DNA of 63,799 nucleotides, counting the filler, from Platydemus manokwari (taxonomy: Eukaryota), in NCBI GenBank assembly GCA_037951405.1. It is 6 parts of 6 records of this genome, joined end to end, with 100 filler letters (N's around TTAATTAATTAA, not from the genome) between each part and the next. Parts side by side here need not be neighbours in the genome. Positions count along the whole stretch, not along the records: positions 10,379 to 19,395 come from JBBMOY011313761.1; positions 19,496 to 28,324 come from JBBMOY011342982.1; positions 28,425 to 38,068 come from JBBMOY011222766.1; 3 more parts are not named here. One strand, 5' to 3'. The first letter of the stretch is position 1; each line of letters opens with the position of its first letter. Positions 15,699-30,297 of this stretch are shown piece after piece. The notes under the pieces are model-generated. The model did no database searches and had not been told where the DNA came from. It was given only the letters and a program-made list of their open reading frames with translations. A program made the position numbers and the translations under genes.

Positions 15699-18587
15699 TT
15701 TTTGCTTTATTTGTATCACTTTATAATTTAATAAATTTAATGCATCAACATTCTTTTATGTTATCAAATATTCATTAGATATCTGAGGTACCTTGATATG
15801 GTCATGGGTTATTAATTTCACCTAAAAATCAATGTGCGTGGAATAGATAGATATTCAAATCAGATTTTTCGTAATCACTATCTAATGTTTTGATTTTATA
15901 AAAATAAGAATGTGCGTTAATTATCGATGCATAATATTTGTCAATATTGGGAGATCACGTTGCCAGTAGAACACATTGCTTGCATGAACTATGTTGTATA
16001 AACGAGTTTGTATTTATGAATATTTGCGCTAATCGAATAATTCAATGTACTTCATATATTAATAACAATGTAAGGGTTTTGTAACATACCACATGGATCA
16101 TGTTTGCTACAATCTTAATGCTAAGTTTGAACCTTATCATAGTTAACAGGCTCTTGTTTTATTATCTGACTTCTTACTAAATTAAATGTTCTCACCGATA
16201 ATATAACCAACCGCTTTCTCTCTATTGCATCTAAATATCAACAACTACGATAGATGTACGCTGAACAACAAAATCATACTAATTTTTAGAAACTACTCTG
16301 GTCACAAGAGAACATATAAGATTACAAAAATAATCTTACTTTATATGCTTGTTCTATATAAATGATAAATTTCCGAATTTAACCACATATCGATGTCAGC
16401 GTTTCCTTGGCATGGAGATAACAAAATAATTATCTTGAATTTGTAGCTATTTAAAACTTAATGTCTTTTCATATTTTTCTCAAAAAATGGTTTTTAAAGT
16501 TATCGATTGAACGCATTCATCGGTAATAGCTGACTGACCGTCATTGTCATAACATGGTTTGATTCCTATTCAAGGCAGTTTTATGTTTGGTTACCAGTCA
16601 TTCAGTGGTCAATTTCTAGTACAAATTCGTAACTATTGATCTTAATTCGATCAGCATCATTCGATTTTAAATAATTTGGTTTCTGATATGATTCTTTTCA
16701 TTTCAAATTTGATATTAAAAAGTTTCAATCCTATCAAAACTGTCACAGCAATTATATATCATGGAAATTTACAATAACAGATGCGAGACTTTTAAAGAAA
16801 TTATAAATAAGTGAAAAATATGAATAAACTTTATCTGAATTTATACAGCAGGAAAACAGAAAAATTTATAGACTAAATTGTCATCACTAGTTTATTGTGC
16901 AAAAATTTTCAAACCACCCAATTATTTTATCGGTCAATTACATAGCCATTTTTAAATGATAGATATTGGTGGAACTATAATATACAAAGTAAAATTTATT
17001 TCGGCTATGATAAGTATGTGGCATTCATTTTAAATGATATAGTTACAGATCCAACTTAATAAATTATCAATTATAATTTCCTTGTTTAACAACAGCGGTA
17101 CACAGTTGGGTATCATTGGTTATTTTTGGTATTATTGCAGTAATTAGAACCTTCCGAGAAAAGTATATTTTAAATAGTAAAACTATTGTAAGTTGCTCGT
17201 TTGTTATTAATATTTTTATTTATTAGCTCATTTGTTATTTGTTGTACATTTATTTATGGACTTATTCAGCTTATTGATGGAACATATGTTGTACCGATTA
17301 TCGAGTTTATTTAATTAAATTAAAATATTTAAATAGTTATTATCAACCAATAATACTGGATAAATATTATATATTACTCGCTAATTCAAACAAGAACTAA
17401 CTCAGTACTGTTAAGATAGACATGGCGTTGTTCGGTTTTTACGTGTGAGAATAAGTGTAATGATGTTTTATTTAAACTTTTATAACAAGATTTAAAAATA
17501 TTTTAGAAGATTCTGAGTTTATTATATATTTTCAAAATTTTCCAAGATTCATAAGTCGGCGATAAGCAGTATGGGTTTAGAAAAATTATGTATCTAAGAA
17601 AAATCTTTTGTGATAGAATGCAGTTTTTCACAAGTTTCAATTTTTTGCCATTTTCATAATTTATTTTTGAGTATTTGATAAATAAATAGTTAGGTAAAAT
17701 AAACGTAGATCCTGCATAAATCATATTCTTAAGTCTTAGTAAAACGAAATAAAAATATCAAAAATTTTATGATAACCACTAGACGTGAATAACTGTTATT
17801 AAATTATAATCTTCAATGATAACTGAGGCGATATCAATCTCAAGAATAATAGTCTCTTTTTTCACAAGTGGCTTCAAGGAGCAAAGTTGGCGAACACTTA
17901 ATAATTGTTTTTCAATTAATATTTTAATTGAAATTTCACCAGATTAATGGCTATTCTGAATACTTCATATTATGACTATAAATAAACAACAAAATATGGA
18001 TATTAAAAATTAAGAATATTTCGACGAATTCAAAGCAAAGAAAAAAAATGTTATTAACATTAACAGAAAATTTTTTCCATAAGATTTTTAGGTTATTTAT
18101 CAGTTCATATGTCAATATACGAAGTTCAATTTTAAGCCAATTTCGCTCTTCAACTGTCTTCAAATATGAAACTAAAAGAAAGTTATATTTTTGCTTAATG
18201 AAAAAAAAATATTAGAAATGAAAATTAAATAAAATAAACAAAGCAATTCTAAAAGTTAATACAAAAAGCAATTTTAAAAAGATATTTGAAGATCATTAAT
18301 TTAAAAATAATGACCTTACACATGATATTGGCTGTTGTTTTAAATTACTAAATTAAGTTACTAAATTATTATGTTAGTTTATATTTTAAAATGGTTAATA
18401 ACCTATATGATTAAATTATTATCATTTAAATATTATTGATAATAATTAATTTCTCTATAATTTTAAGCATCATTGCTATACAATCTTTTTATACATATTA
18501 CTTTCATACAAATTGTTATAACATTATTAAATATTAATAAAAAAATAATGTACATATAATTTTGTTATGTAAAATTTGTGTAGAAAA

Positions 18588-19081
18588 ATGGCAGAAGCGC
18601 ACAGCGCAGCTATTATTCCAACGATAAAGAATTTTGAAGAAAGTGAAGAATCAATCAATGATGTTTTTTATGCCTGGAAAAGTTCACTCTGCCGTCGTTT
18701 GTATCGAACTAGGTAACATATCAATGGTCATAACAAAATCTGAGATTGTTACAGAATTTCATTGAAAAATGGATTGTGGCCAACCTCGATTTATAATCTT
18801 GCATTTACCGTTGTTCTTGCCAATTTTCTTTTACTAATGGATTACGATTGGGCGAAACCCATTACGAGATTGTTATGGAAATTCGAGAATTACATTGCAA
18901 TCATCAAAGGTTTGAATAACGGTTTTCCAAATTATATTATTGACGAATTATTTTTTAGAATTTCCATATTTTCTACGCTTATTTGTTCTGTCATGGTGTT
19001 TTGGGCTTCTGTTTTTTGTTGTATTGATGTATGTCAGGAGGTACGCTTTGAGGATTTTACTTGCTTATCGCGGTTGGCTGT
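18588..19081 (+). CDS. CPT1: Carnitine O-palmitoyltransferase 1, 5' part (exons 18588-18712, 18755-18909, 18959-19081); rest lost at spacer
   Basis: Diagnostic N-terminus MAEAHSA; KNGLWP + TM1; TM2 followed by RRYALRILLAYRGWL (cf. RYSLKVLLSYHGWM); introns of 42 and 49 nt, GT-AG, phases consistent. Confidence 0.9.
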
Positions 19082-19395
19082 GTAAGATCTATTATATATA
19101 TGATCATAATTTGATATGATAATATAATGATAATAATAATTATTATAAAATTTAATTATAATTGTGAGCAATTTTGGTCAAGGGTTGGTGATGAGTTCGA
19201 ATAAATCAATGAGCAATAATTATGATCTTAATTAGAATGATAATTATATAAATTATTTTTAAAATATTTGTAATAATAATTAAAATAATAAAATTATTAA
19301 TTATTTATTAATTAAATAATTAAATTATTATTAATAATAACAGGTTATAAATATTTTAATAATAATAATGATAATATAATAATAAATAATTATAA

Positions 19396-19495
19396 NNNNN
19401 NNNNNNNNNNNNNNNNNNNNNNNNNNNNNNNNNNNNNNNTTAATTAATTAANNNNNNNNNNNNNNNNNNNNNNNNNNNNNNNNNNNNNNNNNNNN
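19396..19495. other. Artificial contig spacer N44-TTAATTAATTAA-N44
   Basis: Same linker; CPT1 is cut on the left and unrelated sequence follows on the right. Confidence 0.97.
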
Positions 19496-19672
19496 TGACT
19501 TTCAAGCACTGACATAAGATCTTCTATCAGTTGGTGTTCCAAATCTTCTTCATTTGCGAAATTTTCAGTTTTACTAATTGGAAAGCCAGAAGGCTTTGTG
19601 ATCTAAAATCATTTCTTTAGTTTATTGTTCGAAGTAGAGCGCCACCTAGTTTCGTACTTCCATTGTTCTCAT
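19496..19672 (-). CDS. Possible 5' exons of an unidentified gene running into the spacer (19672-19658, 19602-19496)
   Basis: MRTME|ITKPSGFPISKTENFANEEDLEHQLIEDLMSVLES with a 55-nt GT-AG intron; no family recognised. Confidence 0.3.
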
Positions 19673-22600
19673 TTTCAGAGCACAACATTAAATATCTGTT
19701 AATATTTTAGCACTACACATTCGATAATTTTGTATTATAATAAAAGGATTCCTATCATCGTTCATTATTTTATTATTTATTTATACTATATTATCCGAAT
19801 TACACGCAACCTACTGCTCTGATTGAATCTCGATTGTTTTGATTTTAATCATATTTATCTAACTTACGGATTGTTCAACGAGTTATTACTAGTTGAATTA
19901 TCTTTAAACTGTCACACCAAATACTACTTAGCACAGCCTAGTAGGATTCCACCTGTGAGGTTTAAAATTTGAATTAAATAATTTTAAATTTAATTTTTAA
20001 AATTAAATTTAATAATTTACAAATAATCTTTTTAATTGATTATATTAAAATATTTTTAATATTTATCTTGTTCAGACAATTATTGTAATCTCTCCAAATT
20101 TTAAAAAATCATTTATTAAAAAAAATAAAATGTGTTAAGAATAATTTATTTTAATTATTAAAGAAGGAATATTTGTTAAGATAATCTGTAATATGAAATA
20201 TATTTTTTACACTTTGAGAATTATGAGTTTAGAATATAGTTTAAAAAATGAAGAGATGTTAACAACTAACAATATCCATTTTTATAGAAATGCATAATTT
20301 ATTATTAAAATTATTTACCTGTGAGGTAAATAAGAATAAATTCTATCATGGTGCATCTAATTTTGATGAGCGTTTGTGACTACAACATTATAATATGATG
20401 TTATTAAGTGGTTAAAACTATTTATCATTGCATTTAATTTGAAATAGACTTTGTTTGAATGAATAATTTATTTATGAGAAGTGAGAATTCAAAGTTTGAG
20501 CTTATTTTATATTATCATACAGGTACATCGTATTCGAATTTCGGATAATTATTTAGAAATCTTCACATTTATTTCATAATGATGCTATGCTATTTACAAT
20601 GAAACTGATTAATAAATATACTGGAATATTAAATTGAATAAGAAAGTCATTTTGTAATTTAGATATCACCTTGTACTGGAAATGTAAAAAACATAAGAAG
20701 AACAAAAGTATATTTTGATTTTATTTCATTGGTCTTTTAAATTATATTTTATTCTATTGGTTCAATTCAACAAATTATTTTCTTTAAATACCATATAAAA
20801 TATCAAGCTTATTGTTAATTAAATAGTACAGTGATAAATTTTAAATTATTTTGATTTATTGTAAAACACAAAATGTTTATGAAATACTATCAGTTAACAA
20901 TAATTTATATGAATTTATCATGATCATTTAAAAATATTTACAGATATTATTTAAATTTAAAGCTCTTTTTGCGGTAACTATTCGACTGAATTCTCCAAAT
21001 GAAGCAAAAATGGGACGATTACCAAGTAACGAAAACATAAAAGGTAATGAAATATGTAAAAGATGAATATTTCATAAAAAAACTTTTGTTTCTCAAGTTA
21101 TATTGATAATGATTATTCATAATTTGTTGAAGATCAATTCTTGCGCATCAACACAATATATAAAAGATAAATAATATAATGTATGTTATTGATTCCATCA
21201 ATTATTAACGAAAAATAAGAAAACGAACTACCACTGTTATTCAAATATATTTAGCCACTACTTAATCCACAAAAACATGAAAAATGATTATAGTTCGACA
21301 ATATTGATAAATGGTTTTGGAAAATAAAAAATTAGTCTTGATAATCCTGATTGCAGATATTCCTTTCTCTGATAACAATATGGGATGCTCCCAAAGTTGG
21401 ATTATTGACTAAAGTCAACTCGATTTTGGGTTATGAATGTTTATTATGATTATTATTACAATTATACACCAAGTACTACTTTTATACAATTATGGGGCTA
21501 TAAATTACTACTTTTACTGTGCAATTATTACAATGAATACAATATATAATGGATTTTAAATGCTACTAATGGACAGTCAAACGCTGGAATAATTAGATAT
21601 GGTGTTAGGCATATGGTGTTTTACTACCTTATATATGTTTTCGTGGACGATAGGATTTTATTCGGGTTGAAAAAAATTTGCTAGTGGCTTTTATGCTTTA
21701 TTGTGACTAATTCTCACAATTCAAAAGAATTTTCTCTCTGCTTTAGTTGGCGTGGAGTTTTTTACTTTCGAGTATTATTTTAATATGCGGGTAATTTTCT
21801 GAAAAATAGGGGTTTTAAACATTAGATTTTTTAGTCGTTAGGCATAAAATGAAAATGATTAACTTGTTTTCATTTCAATTAATTCCACTTTATCTAAATT
21901 TTAACCAAAATTAACTTAGTTTTTATCCTAAATTATTATCATATTAAAATATGATAAAAGAATTAACTCAATTATTATCATTAACCAAAATACTCAACAT
22001 TTTTACTAAAAAATTTAATATTCTAATTTACGATAAAGATTTTCTTAACTATTTCCTATTTTTAATTCTAACTAAATATTATTATTATTTAACTACTAAA
22101 AACTCCAGATTAATTTGTTATGGGTTTAATAGTATCCTGCTTCAAAGAATAAACAAGATAAAAAAGATAAGATAATATTTGCACATCAGAATTATTTACA
22201 ATATCCATAAAAATAATACTTATGTACACCAAAATCAATATCATCGAAATGTTTTTCAGGAGTTATTTTCTCGAAACCCCAACAAACCTAAGCTGGAATA
22301 ATCTTAACATTTCTCAAACATGAAACATCATCTAATCTTGACGAGATATCAGTATATTGCTATTAATTTTTCTGCATTGATGAATTTTGCTACTTGAATT
22401 ACATATTCAGGATAACTAATAAGCTGTAATATTTTCTGATAAGCATGTAAAAGTAACAATAAACGTTACTCTAAAGACATCTATTTATAAATTTAAATAT
22501 CAAACGAATTTGAAATAAGCAGTTTCAATATTTTTTTCTGTTTATATTCTACTTATATTTGTAAATAATATATAAGATAACAAATTTATAATTACTTTTT

Positions 22601-24244
22601 TAAAATTTTCAAACGTGTTAGAGATTTTTGCTTTACATTATAATTTATTTATTACACCTTGAGAAATGCACATAGTTCACATATTTTATTTATATTTCAA
22701 TATTATATCATGATATTACCTGATCGGATGTTAACTAAATTCATTTTAATAAATATTGTGAAAATCAAATACAGGAATTTAATAATTTATCTTTCATAAA
22801 AAAAATATTCGTGTAGCAATCAAAGAAATAATAAAATTTATTCGAAAATCATTTCATAAAAACAAAGAATACAGCAACTGAAGATATAACCGAAGCGTCA
22901 AGATTAAAAGTTGATGAATATTTTATTTAGCTTCTGAAATCTGTTGACTTGTGATCGAGATTGGTACTGTGATTTATTATCGACTCTATCTAAATTATTA
23001 TCACAAATGTCAAGATTAGTTAAATTAAAATATTCCCTGCTTGAAACTGCAATTGAATGTCTGTATATTCCACTAATTTGAGTTCCATTCCTATTGTGAT
23101 TTATTCCAGTATTAGATTTTCAGCTCATATTCTTCTTTAATTAAATTTTCAAATTTTCTGTGTGATTGATTTGAGTGGAGCAGAAAATATTAATTGTTTC
23201 ACATAAAATTCTGAGTGGCTACCGTAAGCCGCTACTATTTAACAAAAGACATCGAAAAGCGACACCAAATTATGAATTTAAATATAATTATAATGTCAAA
23301 CAAAATCAAATCTTCAAAAATTAAATCCAATTCAATATTCTCACAGCTACAATTTTTTACTGAACTGAAATCGATGAAGATGATTTGGCAATTTGAAATC
23401 TGCTGTTCGTTTTGCTTATTATAATCCTTTTGTTTTCTTGCAATGTCATTATTAGTCGATCCCTTCCATACTTGTCATCGTCTGCTACTTTCATCTCGTA
23501 AAACGTTATATTTATTCTATTTTTTGTATACCCTTCAATTATCAACTTTTGCGTAATTTAATAATTTTTCAAGAATTACAAATTTCCTCTAACTGAGAGT
23601 CTCCAGATAGATGCTCATTACTATTTTTAGTTCATCATGCCTATTAGTAGCTGCTACTTCACTTGCAATTGATGTTTCAACCAAAGAAGTCATTATTACG
23701 ATTTTCTTAATATTTATTTAATTAAAACACTTAATATAATTTTTTAATCAAAATATAATTCATTTTCTAGAAGGATTCGATTTTCAATCTTAATCAAGTA
23801 TAGATAAATATTTAATTAATTTTCTAATTATTTTATTTTAAGCAATAAATTTTAAAAACACTTTTTGTAATTTTTTTAAAAATTTATAATCTTAAACTGT
23901 AATTAAAATATTTTATTAAAATAATATTTTGTAAAGCAATTATTTAAAATTATTATTAGTTAATTTAATTTAATTCTCATAATGACATCGACATATAATT
24001 CCATCAATTAATGTTTCAGCTAAAACCTTATTTCTTATTTGTCTTGTCCGTAAATTAATTGTCAAAAGAGAATTGAGCCATACGAAATCACGATTTGGAT
24101 TATTCCAAAATGCAGTTTCTCACGGGTATCACTTGTTCGATATCAGATCATTAATATTTATAATTTCATTTTATAATCAATATTAAACAAAATTATAAAG
24201 CGATAGAAGAATATAAACTACGGAAACTGGTAGAAGTTTCATTA

Positions 24245-24430
24245 TATCCAATATTAAATGAGATATTTAAAAAAATGAATATATTATTGGAAGAGATTTT
24301 GTTATGATATATATTTAGGTAATTATCATGACCTTCATGTGTATCCAATATTAAATGTGATATTTACAAAAATGAATATATTATTGAAATAGATTCTGTC
24401 ATGATATTTATTTAAGTAATTATTATGGCA
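24245..24430. repeat. Tandem duplication, ~98-nt unit, two copies
   Basis: tatccaatattaaatgagatattt... at 24245 and tatccaatattaaatgtgatattt... at 24343. Confidence 0.85.
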
Positions 24431-26074
24431 ATAATGCCGAGAAATAGATTAATAAATTAACGCTCAAATATTTGTTACATACACATTAAAACAAATTTTG
24501 ACAGAATAATGGATAGATAATTAGTGATAAATAATACCAATGTTCTGATAATAATAATTTAACAATATTTTAGTTAACAAAATATATTTGATAATAATAT
24601 CTATTGCACGAGAGCCAAACTAGAAAATAAAGATTTGATTTGGCAATTCTGATTTCAGATTTGTTAGTTCTGATGATGTTTAAAAACACTAACGAAGAAT
24701 TGTTATATTATATTAAAAGTGTAACAGCTTAAAGATATCTAAATATAAGAAATGTATGAAGAGAAATTTGCTACTTGATTCAGAGTCTCACAAGTTGATG
24801 TGTATTGAGGTTGCTTGTTTTAAATATCTTATGAGTCTCAATATTTTATAAATTAATATTATGGATCAATGCCATCTGGACCATTCTCAAATGAGCTCTG
24901 ACCAATCCCAAGGTGCAATCTATAAAACCTTATTTGTTTATTACCAAACTTCACCTCGCCATCAATACTATTTGATGATAGAACAATCGGTAGCAACGAT
25001 CCAGATATTATATTCTTCAATATCAGTCTCGAAATTAACTTTTTTACAATTATACTTTCTATTTTATCAAATCAGCAAACTATCAAATACAGCACGTTTT
25101 AATATTACTCCAAATATAAAAGTTACAAATTTGCTATTTTAGAACTACAATGTACAACTATAAAATTACACTTAAACGTCGATCTTACAAATTCTGGAAA
25201 TAAGCAACGATTGCAAACTTCAACTCGAGAATCCGAACCAATACACGTAAAACATTTTTTTGGGAGATGAAACTCTATAATATGGCTGCTGATGGTCACT
25301 AAACTAACTCGAATGTCGAAGGCTTTGTGGTTAATATGATCAAAGATTCTTCAAATTTTAAACGAAGCTTAAACAATCTAGTGGTTTCAAACTGATTTCT
25401 ATTTCTATTTCTATTTTTTCTATGTCGGCTCAAATAATAATTCTAATTATGATATATTTTGATACAATATTATAAATATCTCATATGTTTATTAAATATT
25501 ATTACAATATTATTTCCCAAATTTTTATTTATTCCAGCTATTATATTAACGGTTACTATATTTAGAAAATATTATTTAAAAATATCAATATATTTATTAC
25601 GCGATCATATAAATTATTTATTTCCAGAATTTCACATAGAAATAAAAATATAAACATTATCGCTACTTTGCGATATTCCGTGCAAAATAAATAAATGTTC
25701 CAATTTAGCCCCCTATAGAGTATAAATTAGATATTGAAACAATCTTACAATTTTAATAAAAACTGAAAAAGTGATACAATTCAATTAGCTTCGAAAAATT
25801 AATACAATATACACATAAAAGTTATAAATTACTACGATATATATTTATAATGTTAATAAAGTTGTCATAATTGTTAGAATTCACATTTGAATTTGAGGAT
25901 TGAATTTGTCAAAACCCCAACAAAATAAAAATAGAAGATTTATTTACCAATTAAATGGTATCTATGTTTACAAAATAATTGCAAGTAAAACGTAATATTA
26001 ACGATAATGTGAAAAGCAAGCTTCTAAAATTGTTAACATATTTTGAATAGATTTAGAGATAGATTGGCTTAGTA

Positions 26075-27516
26075 CAGTGGTTCTCAACTTATTTTACACC
26101 ATTGAGTTCTTCATATTTTTGCGACACACCTATCACAAAAAATAAATATTTTCTACTCATAAAGCCTTTTTCCAATGATATAATGTAAAATATAGAAGAT
26201 CATATAAAGAAAATTTTTCTTCACATAAATGCAACTTATCCGGTATTAAATAACGTGTATAAAATAATAATGATGAATGTCAATGGAACAGTTGTGTCCG
26301 GTGCTTTTGTACTACTGCTGCAATTTGTGAGCAAAAGTTAGAAAGACATACTCTTAACTCTTCTTCAATGTTTTTAAGTCTTTCTCATTTTTTATTTTTA
26401 ATGTTATTTAGGTAAGAAAATCCAAGTTCACATAAGTTCAAAGTTGATAATTGCAGCAAGACTTTGATGGCTTTTTTACTAAGAGTTGGATACTCTTCCA
26501 AAACAGAAATCCGAAAGACGTCTAATGACAGCTGTAGACTTTTCAATTTGATACCCCGATCATTTGAAAGACTCACTAGTTCTTCTTATTCACATAACTC
26601 AAAGTTGGAAAGATTAATGATCGATAAGTCTAATAATGAGAATCATCTAGATAGCGCATGCTTTACGAACTAATGGAAACGAAATCCAAATCGTTCAACT
26701 TCATTCTTGTCTTTTATATTGTAATTTCTTTCTTAAAAGTAACTAATTTATCTGTTACCGAAAGAATATTTTCATTTCAGTCTGGCTTATTGAGATGTCC
26801 AAATACCTCCCCAAGTACTCTATTTTGGACACACAAAATTCATTTTTAATGAATTTACAAAATATATCAATCTTTTCCTTTCGATAATCATCTTATGTCT
26901 GTGTGCAACAATAAACAAACATAATGAGAATCCATATTCTTGGGCAGCAATTCAAAAATTCTGGACTTCAAAGGATGAATTTTTCTGAAATTCATCATTT
27001 CGATCACTCAATTAAACGCCTCCTTTAGTTCATTTTTTGTTATCTTTGAAACTAATACTTGTATGTGTAAAAAACAATGAGTTCAATGAAGAGAATTAAG
27101 CTTTGTCGGACACAGTTACTGTTTTCTTAAACAGTTGACTTTGCCAAATATTTGATTCTAACAACTGTTGGAAATAATAGACTTTTTTTTAATATGATAA
27201 TGATTTGTAGTAAGATGCCATTGCTTCATTAGACAGTGTTTTGTCACATGCAATCATGTCCCTGAGAAGGAATCTTTGTGTCTCCAGTCCAGTGAAACCC
27301 AAGTTTCAAGTAATTATCACTATACAGCCAATGAATATTTGGTTTTTTAAATGAAGTTATAGCATAATTCTTGTCAACATCGTCTTTTCCTTTGAAAACT
27401 TTGTCCACATCTAAAGATGAATTAAATCTAAAATTGAAGAAAATAAATATAAGCGAATTTTTATCAAATTTGTTATTAGTCCTACTAAAACCTTGAATTT
27501 CATTAGGGAACCACTG
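26075..27516 (-). mobile_element. hAT (Buster/Charlie-type) DNA transposon, internally deleted, non-functional
   Basis: TIRs cagtggttctc... and ...gggaaccactg; 8-bp TSD gcttagta / acttagta with central TA; BED-adjacent N-terminal YLKLGFHWTGD and dimerisation domain EEYPTLSKKAIKVLL...CELGFSYLNNIKNKK fragments. Confidence 0.92.
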
Positions 27517-28159
27517 ACTTAGTATGTGAACATCATCCATACCACATTATGCTAATATCAATAAATAAATTCCTATTGAAATTAAAACTCATACAGAATC
27601 CTAATGATAGCTCAGGGAACTAACTTTCCTTTAAAGTTTTACCAATAGTAATTTAATATTAAACAATGTGTGTATCCAAGTATGTATCAATAACATATTG
27701 ATCATAACGTAACATGCAGAACGTAATTAACCAATCAATTTTGGTCAGTTAAAGAACAAATTCAAAATTAAAGGAAACAATAACAGCTTCATTTCCTGTA
27801 CTTAATGAATGATTGATTATCTATTATGGATTATGGATTATCGAATAATATAATTCCTCAAATAATCAAACTAATTTTTTTAAAAGGCTTTATGGTGCAG
27901 TCTTGGAGTATTAAAATATTATTTTAATTTTTAAAATTATCTTCGTGTTATGAATAATGAGAGCATGTTGTTTCTAGAATTCGTCGAATTTTAACCTTTG
28001 TTTCCAGTTATTTATGGGGATTTCAAAAAAATAGACATTATGGGGAAATGATAATGACACCAAAGTTTATTTATAAAAAGAATAGAATCTTCATTCCCTA
28101 CAAGAAACCTATCAATCATTTAATATCGTAAAAGTCATTATGATGCAATATTGTGAGTA

Positions 28160-28230
28160 CAGGCAACCCTCGTATAACGCGGTTAATTCGTTCAGCGTTA
28201 TATCAAAACCGCTTTATATCGTTACATTAT
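28160..28230 (+). mobile_element. Probable pogo/Tigger-like MITE end
   Basis: TA followed by caggcaaccctcgtataacgcgg, a pogo-type terminus; other end not seen before the spacer. Confidence 0.4.
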
Positions 28231-28324
28231 AATTTAGGACATAAAATCTAAATATTTTATTTAAACAATGTAGAAATAATATTATGTAGATAGTTATACT
28301 AAATTTTTTATCACCTGTAAATAT

Positions 28325-28424
28325 NNNNNNNNNNNNNNNNNNNNNNNNNNNNNNNNNNNNNNNNNNNNTTAATTAATTAANNNNNNNNNNNNNNNNNNNN
28401 NNNNNNNNNNNNNNNNNNNNNNNN
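28325..28424. other. Artificial contig spacer N44-TTAATTAATTAA-N44
   Basis: Same 100-nt linker. Confidence 0.97.
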
Positions 28425-29610
28425 TACAAAATTTGTAATATATAGATAATGATTAATAATTTTTATGCGAATCACAATTAGAATAATCATTGATTTTCTT
28501 TAACTACTATTTGAGATTTATTTTGAGGAATAATTAATTCGATTTTAGTAAAAATATTATTCCTAAGTTTATTATGGGTACTAAAAATATTACCAAATTT
28601 TACTAATTCGATTATAGTTGTAGTTGTAAATATTTATTTTTCTAAATCATTATTTTATAACACAGCAATGGAATAATAAAAAATATTTCACTTTATTTGT
28701 ATTAAATAAAATTTTAAAATTTTTATTCAATTTTATTAGAAAAAATTAATTAAAAGTATAAAAAATATTTATTTCTTCAATTAAAATATGAATTAAGAAG
28801 ATATTAAGTATATTATGCTTCATTAAGTCTGCAATTAATATTAATATTATTATAATGCATCGCGGATTATAAAATTCAGGTTTTTAATTTAAAATACAAT
28901 TTCGTATTTATTACAAGTTTGATAACGAAGGATTAATTTCCTTTTTAATGCAGTGAGTTGTAAAATGGTTTAGTCACTGAAAACGTTGTAAATAGTATTA
29001 GCATTAAGTGCAACTCGAAACTAAATAAATTAATATAAATTTAATGCTTCATTTCTCAAATAACCTGGTGGATGATTATGTAAGACTTTAAAATATAAAT
29101 GGTCAAAAATTATTACGAGTTTATAATTTATATTACCATGATTTGTGTTACTAACAGTGTGAATATTAACAGTATTAATTATTCTGTTGGAAAGTACAAA
29201 ACATTTTCTCTACCAATATTAGCCACAGGCACAGCTTGTTTGAATCACATGTGTCAAGACAACTCAAGTTAAAGCTCAATCTAATTGATTAATTTATTTT
29301 GACAACCTCAGCATGGTTGCACGGATTTTCTATGCGTATAAATGTGTCACATATTCTCTGATTGTTTTTCTAATATTATAAGAGCATTCCAATAAAATTA
29401 ATCAATAATTAAAGAATAATTTAATTAGTTATATGAGACGTCACAGTAAATCCAATCAATCTCAATTCCCTAATGAGGGATAAATAAAATTAAAATAAAA
29501 AACATCCCGAGATTAAGAAATCAAATGATAGCTATGAAGCATGCTTGGCAGAAGGAAATTTAATTCCAGAAATCGATGATCGTACAAATGAATTCAAAAT
29601 TTTATGATTA

Positions 29611-30297
29611 TTAGGTTGTTGCATAAGTTCCCGTCGTTACATGAAACTATTTGTTCTATTAAGGCTTTTCGATGTTTAACGACGTGTTATATGCCATAAG
29701 AAAGCCTGTGCTCTACAAGATTAAAGTAATCCTGTTAGACTATAATATATTTTTTGTCTTTTTGTATAACCGTTAAGTCGACAAAATATCGCATTTAATC
29801 GAGATAAAAAAGTGAGTGAAGCTAACAGAGACATTTGTACCGTTTATGGAGATAATGCTATAGTTGAGTGAACTCCTCGGAATCAGTTTACTAGTTTCAA
29901 ACACAATAATTTCGATCTCAACGACGCTCCTAGCTCAGGAAGACCAATCGAGATGGACTGGAACCAACTCGGAGATATTTTGAAGGAAGTTGACCACCAG
30001 AGATGCAGATAATTGGACGAAATTTGCAACAATTTCATGTCATCATCAGTCAATGGGGTTTGCCCAAAAGCTTGGAGTTTGGATCCCACACTAACTCACC
30101 CAAAACCAGAAGCACTCGAGTGAAGAAGATCTGGCCGAATAGAATCAACAAACTGGTGAAAAGATGGAAAGAGGTAGTGAACAATGAAGGAGTGCTATTA
30201 TTTGATTGAAGTGTTATTATTTTTGCTGTTAAAATTGTTGGATTTCTTTGAAAACAAATGTTTGAAAAAGACGGGAACTTATGCAACAACCCTTTAA
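29611..30297 (+). mobile_element. Mariner element, internally deleted (~690 nt)
   Basis: TIRs ttaggttgttgcataagttcccgtc / gacgggaacttatgcaacaacc, TA flanks; HTH remnant ICTVYGDNA...FDLNDAPSSGRP and C-terminal INKLVKRWKEVVNNEG; DDD core absent. Confidence 0.93.

Noticed and set aside
16510-16580. tRNA gene or tRNA-derived SINE (ggtttgattcct B-box-like motif)
   Set aside because: No cloverleaf or A box could be built
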